DNA from: Heterodontus francisci
Lineage: Eukaryota
Assembly: GCF_036365525.1 (NCBI RefSeq)
Contig: NC_090399.1
Coordinates: 20,036,529 to 20,100,528, forward strand
Length of the DNA: 64,000 nt
Direction: 5' to 3'
Of the stretch, positions 10,867-22,507 are shown piece after piece. Each line of letters starts with the position of its first letter. The stretch's first letter is position 1. The position numbers and the translations under genes were made by a program. The notes beneath the pieces are model-generated. The model worked only from the letters and a program-made list of their open reading frames with translations, ran no database searches and was not told the origin of the DNA.

Positions 10867-13800
10867 TCAGTCTTTAAACATTAATCTTTATTGCATAATA
10901 ACTATATACACTCCACACTAGCCTGTGTGTCTCCTTCAAAAGCCTTGCTGTAACTGTTCTTGAGTCTCTCCCACATGATTTCTTAACTCATCCTGGTGGG
11001 CAGTAATCTTTACGTTCTCTCAAGATTAACCCTTTGATACCCTTATACTACATTTTCCCCAAGTTTTTAGCCTAAGATCTATTTAGACACATTCATTTTT
11101 TCATTTACACGCTATCCTATCTCCTCCCAAGTCTCTGACTTCATAGATTCAACCTGTCAGGAGGCTTCACAACTCTCCCTAATCTTGTTGGTCCTCAGAT
11201 GTGAAAGATTGATAATCTTTCTCTGATCCCTTGTTTCTTGACTTGGACGGTCTTTGTTGAGTTTTGTAGCATTTGGCACTTTTTGATTTTTCGGTTCATC
11301 ATCTGAGTCGTCTAACTGTGTAACTAACGTCTTTGATGTAAAGGAATAAGATTCCTTCTATTTCTCCATTTAGGATCTTCTTGAGTCCATAGTAGAGAAG
11401 ATCGCTGTTGATTCTCATCTTTCTGGAGAATTACCCTGTCTCTCTTTTGGTTTCGTACCCATACTTTTTGCCCTTCTGACAACTTTGGTAGGTTTCAGGT
11501 ACGGAACCTTCTGTAATGATAATGGGTCTGCTTGTTTCAATATGACTTTTCTTTGTCCAGTATTTTCTGATAATCCTTGCCTTGCAATCCTGGAAGTAAC
11601 TTCTTGCATAGAATTGGAAATTGCTTTTGAAGTTTTCATTAAGAGTTGTGATGGCGTTAATCTGCACAATAATGGAGTAGTTCTGTATGTCAGTCGTGCT
11701 AAATGGAAATCTCTTTTTTTTCAATCAACATAATTTTAATGGTTCTGACTGCTCGCTCAGCTTCTCCATTTGATTGTGGATACTTAGGAGAGCTTGTTAG
11801 GTGAACAAATCCACATTATTCTGCAAAGTGCGTGAAGTAATCGTTTGCAAATTACAGTCCATTATCAGATAATATGTGATCAGGTATACCAGGTGTTGTG
11901 AATTTTCTTGTAAAACTCTGATGACTGCTTCAGTTGTTGTTGTGTTGTCCATCTTAACTTCGATCCATCCTGAGAAGTAATCAACTATAATTAGCTGGGC
12001 TCTTCCTTCAAAGAAGAACAAATCCACGGTCTAGTTGAGAATTGGGTCGAAATTAGAGGTTCTCTTTGATCTTGTCTTCCCCAGCTTCTTCCCCAGTTCT
12101 CTGTCCGTGTAACACTCCTGTGAAACTCACTGCATTTCTGTTTCTCTCTCTCTGCTAATCTTTGAGCAGCACGGCGGGCTGTGAAATATTGCATTGTGTG
12201 GGCTCTGTAGCGAAATCTGGACTCTCTGCAAAATTCAGGTCTGTGTAGGGGGCTCTTCCTCTGTCCTCACTCCTGGATTATTCTCGTTAATCTACTTCAA
12301 CTTTCTCAATAATATGAAGATCAATAAAAGTTCTTCTACTTAAGACTGCGAACTCCTGATTTCTTAGGACATACAGTGTTTCTAATATTTACTTTCCATT
12401 ATATTGAAGCGTTGCTTGTAACTTCCCCTTTACTTCAAGTACAAGACCTCCTGGGCCATGCAACTGAGTTTCTATTGCTTGCTCCGGTGTCAAGTTTGAA
12501 ATGTGTCTGCTGACCAAAATGCTCGTTTCGGATCATTGATCTCACCCGGAAAATATTTCCAATGGTCTGCTGCAGGAGGTTCTTTAACTTCATTTATCTC
12601 TCTATTCTTAACTACTTTTCCTTTCGAGGTTGATGTGGTCACGATTTTATTTCAGCATAATCTTACTGAGATGCCCTATTTTTCTGTAATAAAGGCATTC
12701 TGCTCTATTGGCGGGACACTGTCCATGCCTGTGGGACGTTTTTGCACCACAATGTTTAAGGACATCTTTTGCTCTGCCCCCTAGTGTTCCTGTTTTCCTG
12801 GTACCTCTTGTTCAGCCGTCTGGTGAAGGAACGGAACTGTTACAGGAGGATTCCTGTACCGGGGTCTTTCCTCACCTCGTATGATTGGTCTGTTATTGCT
12901 GCACTAATTGATGTCGGAAACAAAAGCTTTCAAGACTTGTTCAAATTTTGTTGATTTTATCAATACGCTGCTATTATATCATCAGCTACAGCACCAATTA
13001 AATACAATTATGTATTCATTATGGATCCCTTGTGACTTTTGAAACTCTCTGGAACTCCCAATTTTTGATCCATTTTTAAAAAATTTATAGATCTTTTAGC
13101 GTGTTCCCCTTTAAGAAACTCTGTTTCTCACACTAGCTTGCTTTGATGGAGTGTAGCAGGTGCTTGAGAGAGTTCCTGATGTTTTAAATAGGCTTTCTAG
13201 GGGTTTTCCCTTTGCTTAAGCAGCTCACTTATATCTTTATTTATTTAGAGATACAGCACTGAAACAGGCCCTTTGGCCCACCGAGTCTGTTCCAATCAAC
13301 AACCACCCATTGATACTAACCCTACACTACCCCCATATTTTCTACCACATCCGCACCATTCACCTACCACCTGCCTACACTAGGGGCAATTTACAATGGC
13401 CAATTTACCTATCAACCTGCATACTTTTGGAGGTGGGAGGAAACCGGAACACCCGGCGGAAACCCACGCAGACACAGGGAGAACTTGCAAACTCTGCACA
13501 GGCAGTACTCAGAATCGAACCCAGGTCGCTGGAGCTGTGAGGCTGCAGTGCTAACCACTGCGCCACTGTGCCATTGACAGCTGACACAGCTGTCTATTGG
13601 AATTAACAGAGCTGTTCCGTAGACAGTTTCAGGATTTTCCCCTTTTCTTTTTAAGATCACGAGATACTTCAAGCTTGACTGCTTTAATTATTTTTTCAGG
13701 CTTGGCTGCATTAATGGAGATTCTGCTGTATTCGGGGTTTCCCTGTCCTTTTTTTCTCTTCAGTATCGGACTTTTCCCGTACATTTTTTTCAGTTCGAGC

Positions 13801-14378
13801 ACTTTTCAGGGTTTTCTCCACTCTCCACCCTTGCATTCAGCTGAGTGAGGGATGGGTTGACCCCATTGCTTTTTACTTTCAATCTCACACTGAGCCTTTG
13901 GAAAAAATATTTTTTTTAAACTCTTCAAAGGCGTTTTTTTAAACCAGGATTTCTCAGTCATCATCACAATGATTCACCCAATTGCCTGTTTGCAGCCATG
14001 CTTCCATTCCATGGAGCTTCTCTCAGCCTTCAAAGATCTGTTGTTTCTTTTTATCTTTTCAGATACTTATTTTAAATTCTCTCTTCTGGCTGAAGGATGA
14101 TAGTTACTTCAAACTTTTTCTTCTGGGTGCAGAATCCCTCCACTGTTCACCATATTATATGTTTGGTTCTTCATGCTGCCACCGTCAGAGAGGTTCTTAG
14201 ACTGTAGTGTTTGAACATTAATAATTATTGCATTGTAAGGATATACACTTCACACCAGCCTGTGTGTCTCCTTCAATAACCACGCTGTAACTGTTCCCAA
14301 GTCTCTCCCACACAATCTCTTTCATCATCATGGTGGGGAGTAATCTTTAGGTTCTCTCAAGATTAATCCTTTGATACA
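10867..14378 (-). mobile_element. Internally deleted, degenerate Gypsy LTR retrotransposon (unit 1)
   Basis: ~180-bp LTRs at 10867-11052 and 14203-14378 (tgtagt...actaca termini); PPT ggggaaaa; tRNA-Leu-like PBS (gctgccacc on +, ~14175); gag knuckle CPANRAECLYYRKIGH; protease FKLDTGA (~12490); integrase VDYFSGWIE / SDNG / YPQSNGEAERAVRT; no RT/RNase H visible. Confidence 0.85.
13236..13572 (-). mobile_element. tRNA-derived V-SINE (HE1-like) nested in the Gypsy remnant
   Basis: A box gtggcgcagtgg, B box ggttcgattc, V-domain-like ctgcgtgggtttccgccgggtgttccggtttcctccca, CR1-type 3' end gggccaaagggcctg, (TAAA)n tail. Confidence 0.85.
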
Positions 14379-14389
14379 TTTAGATGACA

Positions 14390-14772
14390 AAGCACACAGG
14401 CTTCAGTGTGTCACTCACACAGAGGAACACACAGGCTGCATTGTGTCACAGCACAGAGTAACACACAGGCTGCAGTGTGTCACATACACACAGAGTAACA
14501 CACAGGCTGGAATGAGTCACAAATGCAAAGTAACACACTGGCTGGAGTATGTCACATACACACAGAATAACACACAGGCTGGAGTGTGTCACACATACAC
14601 ACAGAGTAACACACTGGCTGGAGTGTGTCACATACACACAAAGAGTAACACACAGGCTGGAGTCAGTCACTCCCTCTCTCACACACACACATACACAGAG
14701 TAACACACTGGCTGGAGTGTGTCACACACACACACAGAGTAACACACATGCTATAGTGGGTCACACACACAG
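14390..14772 (+). repeat. Minisatellite block 2, unit 1
   Basis: Same repeat unit. Confidence 0.9.
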
Positions 14773-15354
14773 GGAATGTATCCATCTTGCGGATTTTCTG
14801 ACGGTGGAATTGGATTTGGGCGGCACTTCCGCTCCCTCGCTTTTTGCCTGTTGCCACCCGATTACAAGTGGAAATCAAAGTTTCAGCAGCGGGCAAGGGA
14901 GATACATGCGATCATGTGGTGCGGAATACTTTTCATGGTGGAGCCTGCTGTCATTCAGGGAAGCATTATGCATGGCATTGTTATAAATAATCCTTCAGTG
15001 CAATCAGGGAGGCTCATCAACGAGGCCAGTCTTTTTCAGAGACTTCTAGGCTTTTCCCCTGAAATCTTACCCACCCTCACCCATCTTTACACCTGTCGCA
15101 AACAAAGGCTATGGACCCTGGCAACATTACGGCAAGAGCACTGAGGACCTGTGTTCCAGAACTTGCCCAGCCCCCAGACAAGCAGATTTGAGATGGTGCG
15201 GGAGGGGCGGTGCGGCGGGGGGGGGGGGGGGGGGGGGCGGGGTGGTGGGGGGTGGGGAATAGTAACTGCAGTGAGACAGGGACACCAGCAGATGGAGATG
15301 CTGAGCCATTGCTGATGGGAAGGTTTGGTGCCACTGAGAGTTTGAAAGTTTCCA

Positions 15355-15860
15355 AACACAGAGTAACACGCTGGCTGGAGTGTGTCACAGGCACAGAGTA
15401 ACACACTGGCTGGAGTGTGTCACATACACAGAGTAACACGCTGGCTGGAGTGTGTCACAGGCACAGAGTAACACACTGGCTGGAGTGTGTCACATACACA
15501 GAGTAACACGCTGGCTGGAGTGTGTCACAGGCACAGAGTAACACACTGGCTGGAGTGTGTCACATACACAGAGTAACACACTGGCTGGAGTGTGCCACAC
15601 ACACACAGAATAACACACTGGCTGGAGTGTGGACACACACAGAGTAACACACAGGCTGGAGTGTATCACACACACACACACAGAATAACACACTGGCTCT
15701 GAGTATGTCACGCACACAGAGTAACACACTGGCTGGAGTGTATCACACACACACACACACACACACAGAATAACACACTGGCTGGAGTGTATCACACCCA
15801 CACGCACACCGAATAACACACAGGCTGGAGTGTGTACACACACAGAGTAACACACAGGCT
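15355..15860 (+). repeat. Minisatellite block 3, unit 1
   Basis: Same repeat unit, with a 70-bp dimeric higher order. Confidence 0.9.
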
Positions 15861-15984
15861 GGTGTACGTCAAGAATATCAATGTGATACCAAGAAACAAC
15901 TGAAGACACTGGATGCTGCAAAGGCAATGGACCTTGACAACGTTCCGGCAATAGTACTGAAGACCAGTACCTGATATGAAATGT

Positions 15985-16575
15985 GACCCGTGGTAAGATG
16001 GAATTTCTTCTGGAAATCGGTTTTGCAGGATGAATTTCCTGGAATATTTCCAGAATGTGTTGTGACAAGGTCCCAGGCTCATAAGGTTAAACAAGACGAG
16101 ATGGATTCAGATGTTTTCGAGGACAATTCCGATGTTTGGTTGGCTGAAATATTTTTCAGGGATTTGGATGAGGACATTGGTGTTAAAGGCTCCAAGGTTA
16201 ACAATGGGGAATTGTTTAGCAGATCTCCCGTGATTTTGGGATACAACAGGCAGATCCTGATTTTAGGAGCTTGTCTCAGGCGACCTGTTTTGAGCCACAG
16301 ACTGAAAAGTTTTATTAGTGTTATTACGTCAAGAAAGAAGAGGAAGTGGAGACCTCTCCGCTGATGAGGATTGGACTGTAATCCATCAAATGGTTGTCCC
16401 TCCTTGCTATCATAGTGTAATTTAGAGAATTGCCAATGAAATCCCAGTCACAGGTCATTTGTGTTTTCCAAAAACTCAGGTTTGGGTAATGACATATTGT
16501 TACTAGCAAAGCTGCATCAGGATGTGGTTCACTATTGTAAGACATGCCACACATGTCAAATGGTTGGGATCCACA
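15985..16575 (+). mobile_element. Gmr1-like Gypsy pol fragment (post-protease to integrase zinc finger); also ~37633-38220 and ~62782-63370
   Basis: EFPGIFPECVVTRSQ; KLHQDVVHYCKTCHTCQMVG. Confidence 0.65.
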
Positions 16576-16579
16576 GCCT

Positions 16580-17275
16580 ATATCTTTTCCTTTGCCACCT
16601 ATCTCAATAAAAGCAGATTTCCTTTCATTATCAAAAGTCTTTTCTTTCCAATTTCTCTGAAAGTTTCCAAATTGAGGCCTGTGACAACTGCTTTGTGAAT
16701 CAATTCATAATCATGTGCTACTACTGCGGCTTCCTTTATTTTACAAACTTCATTTTTTAAAATTTGTTTGTGGGGTGTGGGCGTTGCTGGCTAGGCCAGC
16801 ATTTATTGCCCATCCCGAAATGCCTTTGAACTGAGTGGCTTGCGAGGCCATTTCAAAATGCTTTTTTGTGTCTGGAGTCACATGGAGGTCAGACCACGTA
16901 AGGATGGCAGATTTCCTTCCGAAAAGGACATTAGTTAAACAGATGGGTTTTTATAACAACTGACAAAGATTTCATGGTCACCATTAAACTAGCTTTTTAA
17001 TTCCAGAATTGTGAAGAAAATTCAAACTTCACCTTCTCCTATGGTGGGATTCGATCCCATCTCACCAGATTTTTAGTTTGTGCTCTGGAATACTAGTTTA
17101 ATGACATTAACACTCTGCCGCGAACTCCCCCATGTTGTTTCATTTGGAAACTTATTCCTGAACGAATACTGTGTTTCAAATCTTCCATCAGAATTACTTC
17201 CCTCAGGCTCTCAAAGTCTTGTGCAATCTTTATTGACCTATACCACCTATCAAATTCAATCGTGTCTTTCAAAAG
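16580..17275 (-). mobile_element. Gmr1-like Gypsy gag (SCAN-like) fragment interrupted by a SINE; also 1-570, ~38228-38925 and ~63377-63550
   Basis: EFDRWYRSIK.AQDFESLREVILMEDLK ... VCKIKEAAVVAHDYELIHK. Confidence 0.6.
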
Positions 17276-19465
17276 GAAATAGGATAAATACTTGAAGGGA
17301 AATGAAATGGGAGTAGAGGGGGAAAGGACCGGATGTGGGACTGGATAAATTGCTCTTGCAGAGAGTAGGCACGGGCATGATGGGCCGAATCACCTCCTTC
17401 ACGAGGAGTGAGAGCGCCCATTAAGGCCCTATCACTCACTAATCGAGGAAGAGGTCTTGCAAATAAAGATGAGTGTTGAGGCTGGAGGACACATCCTGCA
17501 GGTTTCTTCTCTAATTTACAGTGTGCCCGTTCTGAACGAAATCTCACACTGACACACAATGCATAGGAAAATTTCAGCTGCTTTCAGCTGACGCTCATCA
17601 GTCTTTGCTTGACCTCAACCCTAAATACTAATTCTTGACCTTCTGTTCTATTTCAGGGCAATGGAATGTGCCCAGAACCTGAGGTGTGGGAAATGGGTTG
17701 CACTTGTGATCATGCGGAAGCACCCACGGTTACTTCCGCAAGCATCAGCTCAGAGACTTGCATTGCCAGTACTTTAGTTGGTATGCAAGATGGTTATGGA
17801 CTGTTCGACTCAAGGAGCAGCAGAGAATGGAAAATGGGTAGCGGGATAGGATGGTTAGTAAGGGGCTTTCTGCAGGAAGAGCTAACATCTTAAAGAGCAC
17901 AGCTGAAGATTTCGAGGACACAGTCAACATTCAAAAACTGCTTCCTATTTACCAGGGCTTTTCCAGTGCTTTGGGCAGCCTGCCTGCGATTCGACACACA
18001 ATGACAGAGAGCATGGAAAAATCCAGCTCCAGATGTTGGAGAGGGGGTGAGGGGGTGGGGGGGGGGGGTGGGGGCGGGTGTGTTTATGAGGGGTGGGGTG
18101 GGCGTGTGTATGTATCATTCAGAACGGTTTTAACACCTTAATGTCGAGAATGGAGTGAGACAATTGAAGTCAACGGAACTGAGTATTGGAAGGGGCGCAT
18201 AAAGGGCAGTCGATTCCATGCCACCCACATTGCTTTCATGCCAAAGGCAAACTATTATCCTGTCGATATATAGACTGCTTTAGGGAAATAGCAGATCCAC
18301 CTTGTATTCCTGCTGATTTATATTATTCCTTTTTCGTAATGCATCAAAGACAGCCTGCGCTACAGTTAAACTGCTTCTTACAATACAGACATCAACAACG
18401 ACCTGCGGGGCACAAACCAGGCAGAACCACTTTTGCTGCCTTTTCTTCCAGATGCCGATATTCAGTGCTATTGAAGTCAAGTAGATTGAATATCGGCAGG
18501 GGCGTGTAACGAGCCACCAATGCAATGCCACCTGCTTTGTCAATATCCACTCCCGTGTACTTGTATGGCATGTTTAATGCAGAAAACCATCACAAAGCAC
18601 TTCAGAGAGGCCGAATCAAATAATAATAGATATTGAACCAAGAGTAATTCTGAGAATAGGATTGGTCAAAAAGGTGGGTGTTAGGGACTGTTTGAAGCAG
18701 TTGAGGGATAGTAAGGTGGAGCGGTTTAGAGCAGCAATTCCACAGAGCGGGTGTCTGTGGCTCCAGGTTTGACAGCAAGAGGGGATCGAATGGGGAGTCT
18801 TTGCTGAAGAGGTCGTAATTGAAGAGGGAGGACAGTTGGGATGTTAGGCATGGAGCAGGTCACAGGGATAGAAAGAGAGAATAGGCGGAAGTTCAGGGAG
18901 GGTGGCTAATCGGAACTTGGACAGCAATAATCGGCGTAGCTTTGCCGTTAGACCATTGTGTAAAACCTGTGGTACGGACTGCACCACTCGGGAAGAAGCT
19001 CTCCTGATTTAATTTTCCAACAAAGTCGAAATTACCCCACTTAGCTCTGCTGGTGTCAAAGGCATGAACGAGGGTTTGAACGTCTGATGCATTGACGAAA
19101 AGCTGGAGTTTGACAACATTAAGACGATGAAACTTGTCGGTCTATATTCACTTCTCGGTTCAACCGAAACCCAATGTCCCATGAACGCTGAGCTGCTGCA
19201 ATCAAAAAGCAGCAACGGAGCAAGAGTCTCAGAGGCGAGGATTTTTTCAGTCTGAGATTGCACACTGTTTTTAATTCTCTGGGGATTGGGGAGTTCACGT
19301 TAATTGCTGGTTTATGAAGAGATGTAGTAACTTGTTTGTTTGAAAGCATCTAGCTAATGACACCGGTTCTGTGACCTCACTCTCTCACTGGACGATTGGC
19401 TCGTGTATAAATGAGGTTGTTTCAGTGCATTGCCTCGGATCAACCGCTCCTAGTTTTTGGAGAAA

Positions 19466-22400
19466 ATGGGACGACAGGCACTTCCGATAGAAATGTTGTA
19501 TCCGATTCTCGCAGTTATTGGCATTCCTGGTAAGTAATTCCAAACTATCCTGAAAGATTTAGTGCACCATTGCTAAACTGCATTATTATTTTCCCTGTGT
19601 GTTTTTGTTATTGTCGTTGTTGCCTTTGTGGCGGTAATTTGCATTAGCCAGGTGTTAAAGTCGAACAATCGATCGCTCGACCATTGATGAGTTCGTCCGA
19701 TTTTCGTTCCCTTTGATGTTTATGTTAATGGCTCAGTCCTGTTCTATATCACTGGGCAGGCAGTCAATCCCTCCGCATTACAAAGTGAAAATGGACCCTG
19801 TGTCATTTGTACTGAGCTGTGGCTCTGTCGGTCGCAATCTCTGCTTTGAGTCGGATAATCTTGCGTTTCCCTCCCATTTCAGTGAGTTGAGTTCAGACTG
19901 TAAGCTGCCATTTCGGTGCAATATTGATGAAGTGATGCGATATTGTCGAATTATAGAATTGTTACTGCACAGAAGGAAACCATTCATCACGTCGTGTCCA
20001 TGCCAGTTCTCAGCGAGTGCAGCACAGCTCATTCCATTCCCCTGTCTTTCCCCCCAGCCCAGCATTTTTCTCTTCAGATAAATATTCAATTCCCTTTTGA
20101 AAGCCACAATTCAATCTGCCTTCACCACACTCTCAGGCAGTGGATTCCAGATCCGAACCATTCACTGCGGAAGATAACTTTTCCTCCCCTTTGATTCTTT
20201 CACCAAACGCCTTAAATCGGTGTCCTCTGAAATTCGACCCTCCCGCCAATGGGAACAGTTTCTCTCTATCTATTCTATCCAGTCCCCTCATGATTTTGAA
20301 TACCTCTCAATATTGCACCTCTCAAATCTCCTCTCAATTATCTCTTCTTTGAGCAGAATAGTCCCAACAGAGCAGTAAATGAAGTCCCTCATCCCCAGAC
20401 CATTTTGTAAATATTTTCTGCACTCTCTTCAATGCTTTCACGTCCTTCCTAAAGTGTGGTGCCCAGAATTGTATAGAATACTCCAGCTGAGGCCGAGCCA
20501 GTGTTTTATAATGGCCCGACATTAACTTCCTTGCTTTTCTACTCTCTGCCACGATCTATAAAGCCCAGGATCCGTATTCCTTATTAACCAATTTCTCAAC
20601 CTGCCCTGTCACCTTCAACGATTTGTGCTCATACACCCGTCCCCCACATCCCCGCCAGAACCTTCTGCTCCTGAACCTTCTTTAGAATTGTTTATCCATT
20701 ATTTTATATTGCCTTTCCTCATTCTTAAAATCATCTTTTTATGAGACGTTAAAAAATAACTGATTTAATTTTAATAAAAATGCAGTACTGGTTCAGCTGG
20801 ATACAATCGTCATACTGCTAAATGTTGAATTAAATCTCGAACTATTCACGTATGGGGTAATTTTCACTTTGTATTAACATCAATGCGCAAGAAAAATGGA
20901 AGGGCTGTAAAACACGGGGCCCATTTGATATCAATTGCTTTTGTTTTGCTTTGCACGGCAATGAAAGTTAAAAATGTTCCCAATGTTTCTATTTGCATAG
21001 AAAGGGAGATAAAACAGCATTAATCAGTAATAGGCAAGGAATGTTTATATGTTTTAACTGAATCGAACCGTAAAAAACTGATGGCAGTGGATACAACTCT
21101 GATTTTACCTGTCGCCCGATTCTCTTCTCTATTGAAGTCACTGTGAACAACATTGGGCGGAACGAGCATCCCATAGAATCCGTCAGCATCCGGCCCAGCA
21201 AGTTACTTCCAAATGGCTCCCATTAATGGTTTCATATTAGAATATCATAAAGTTACCGCAGGGAAAAAATGTCTGGCAAGAAGATGGGGAAGTTTGCTGC
21301 AGCTGCCACGTGACAATTTATTCCAATCCAGGTTAACTGTTAGCTATATTGTGCAATGGGTAATATTGAATTCTCCGCCCCTTGTTCATTCAGCCTGTTA
21401 CTCTCTTCCAATGACTTCCATGGAAAAAAAATGGATGGCCAATTAGATACCGCTATTTGACCCGGTCACACATGGTTAAAATTACCCCCGGTTCCTCCAC
21501 CCCACAACTCTCAGCCTTATGATGCTGAACACCAGATTTCCAACTTGCTGTCGGTGTACATCTCTGTTCAATGTTTTGTTAAATTTCCTGTTTTTGCATT
21601 TCTCCCAGCGAACCTGCTGTCAGTTTTGGTTCTTTTCCAAAGGAAATGCGGTCTTTCCAAAGGAATCACTCGTTATATGATGGCCATGGCCGTGGGAGAC
21701 CTCATGGTCCTTATCTTTAATGTTATTGTGAACGAAATCATCAAGTATCATTTTCCAGATTCAGTGCTGAACTACACTTCCGCGTGTCGTTTTACTGTCT
21801 TCATGCAAGGGTTTAGCATTCAGCTCTCTATCTGGTTCACACTGTCGTTCACCTTTGACCGTTTTGTCGCAATTTGTTGCCAGAAATTGAAATCAAGATA
21901 TTGCACCGAAAGGACAGCCACCACGGTTATAACGACCATGTGTGTGCTCAACATTTTGATCAATATTCCCATGCCTTTCCGCTATGAACCCGATTATACT
22001 CTCAACAATATACAGTGGGGCTGCCGCACCGTCACAGGATATTTTACTTCACCCGCATGGAAGATTCACCAATGGATTACCAATCTCTCAAATGCATTAC
22101 TTCCAATTCCTTTGCTGCTGCTGTTGAACTCTCTCACCGTCAGGCACATTTTATTAGCCAGTAGAGCTCGCAAAGCCCTGAAGAGCAACAACAATGGAAA
22201 AACCGGCAGTGATCCCGAGATGAAGAACAGAAGAACATCCATCATTCTACTCTTTGCTATCTCGGGCACTTTTATTGTGTTGTCGGCCCCTATTACCGTA
22301 ATACACATCTGTGTCGGTGTCACACAGACACTCGATTTCCAAGGTTCAAACTCACTTTATTTGGCAATTAGAATCACATTTCTGTTGATGTGCACCAGCT

Positions 22401-22507
22401 CCTGTACAAACACTTGTATTTATGCACTGACACAGAGGAGATTCAGAGCGGAGATCAAAAATATGGTGAAATATCCGTATTATCTCATTGTTAAATTATT
22501 TAAATAA
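19466..22507 (+). CDS. GPR139/GPR142-like GPCR, copy 2 (exons 19466-19529 and 21609-22507; 320 aa)
   Basis: Same splice sites and intact frame as copy 1. Confidence 0.9.

Larger units (their letters stand above)
1..16708 (+). repeat. Segmental tandem duplication unit 1 (phase set arbitrarily by window start)
   Basis: aatcatgtgctactactgcggcttcc at 1 recurs at 16709, 38357 and 63506; intervening sequence is collinear and highly similar. Confidence 0.95.

Noticed and set aside
13500-13572. tRNA gene
   Set aside because: It is the tRNA-derived head of a SINE; no complete cloverleaf.
15355-15860. Minisatellite as a CRISPR array or V(D)J recombination signals
   Set aside because: No unique spacers, eukaryotic context, and the cacagag heptamer-like motif has no nonamer at 12/23 spacing.
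14371-16094. His/Thr/Cys/Val-rich ORFs
   Set aside because: Translations of the CA-rich minisatellite.
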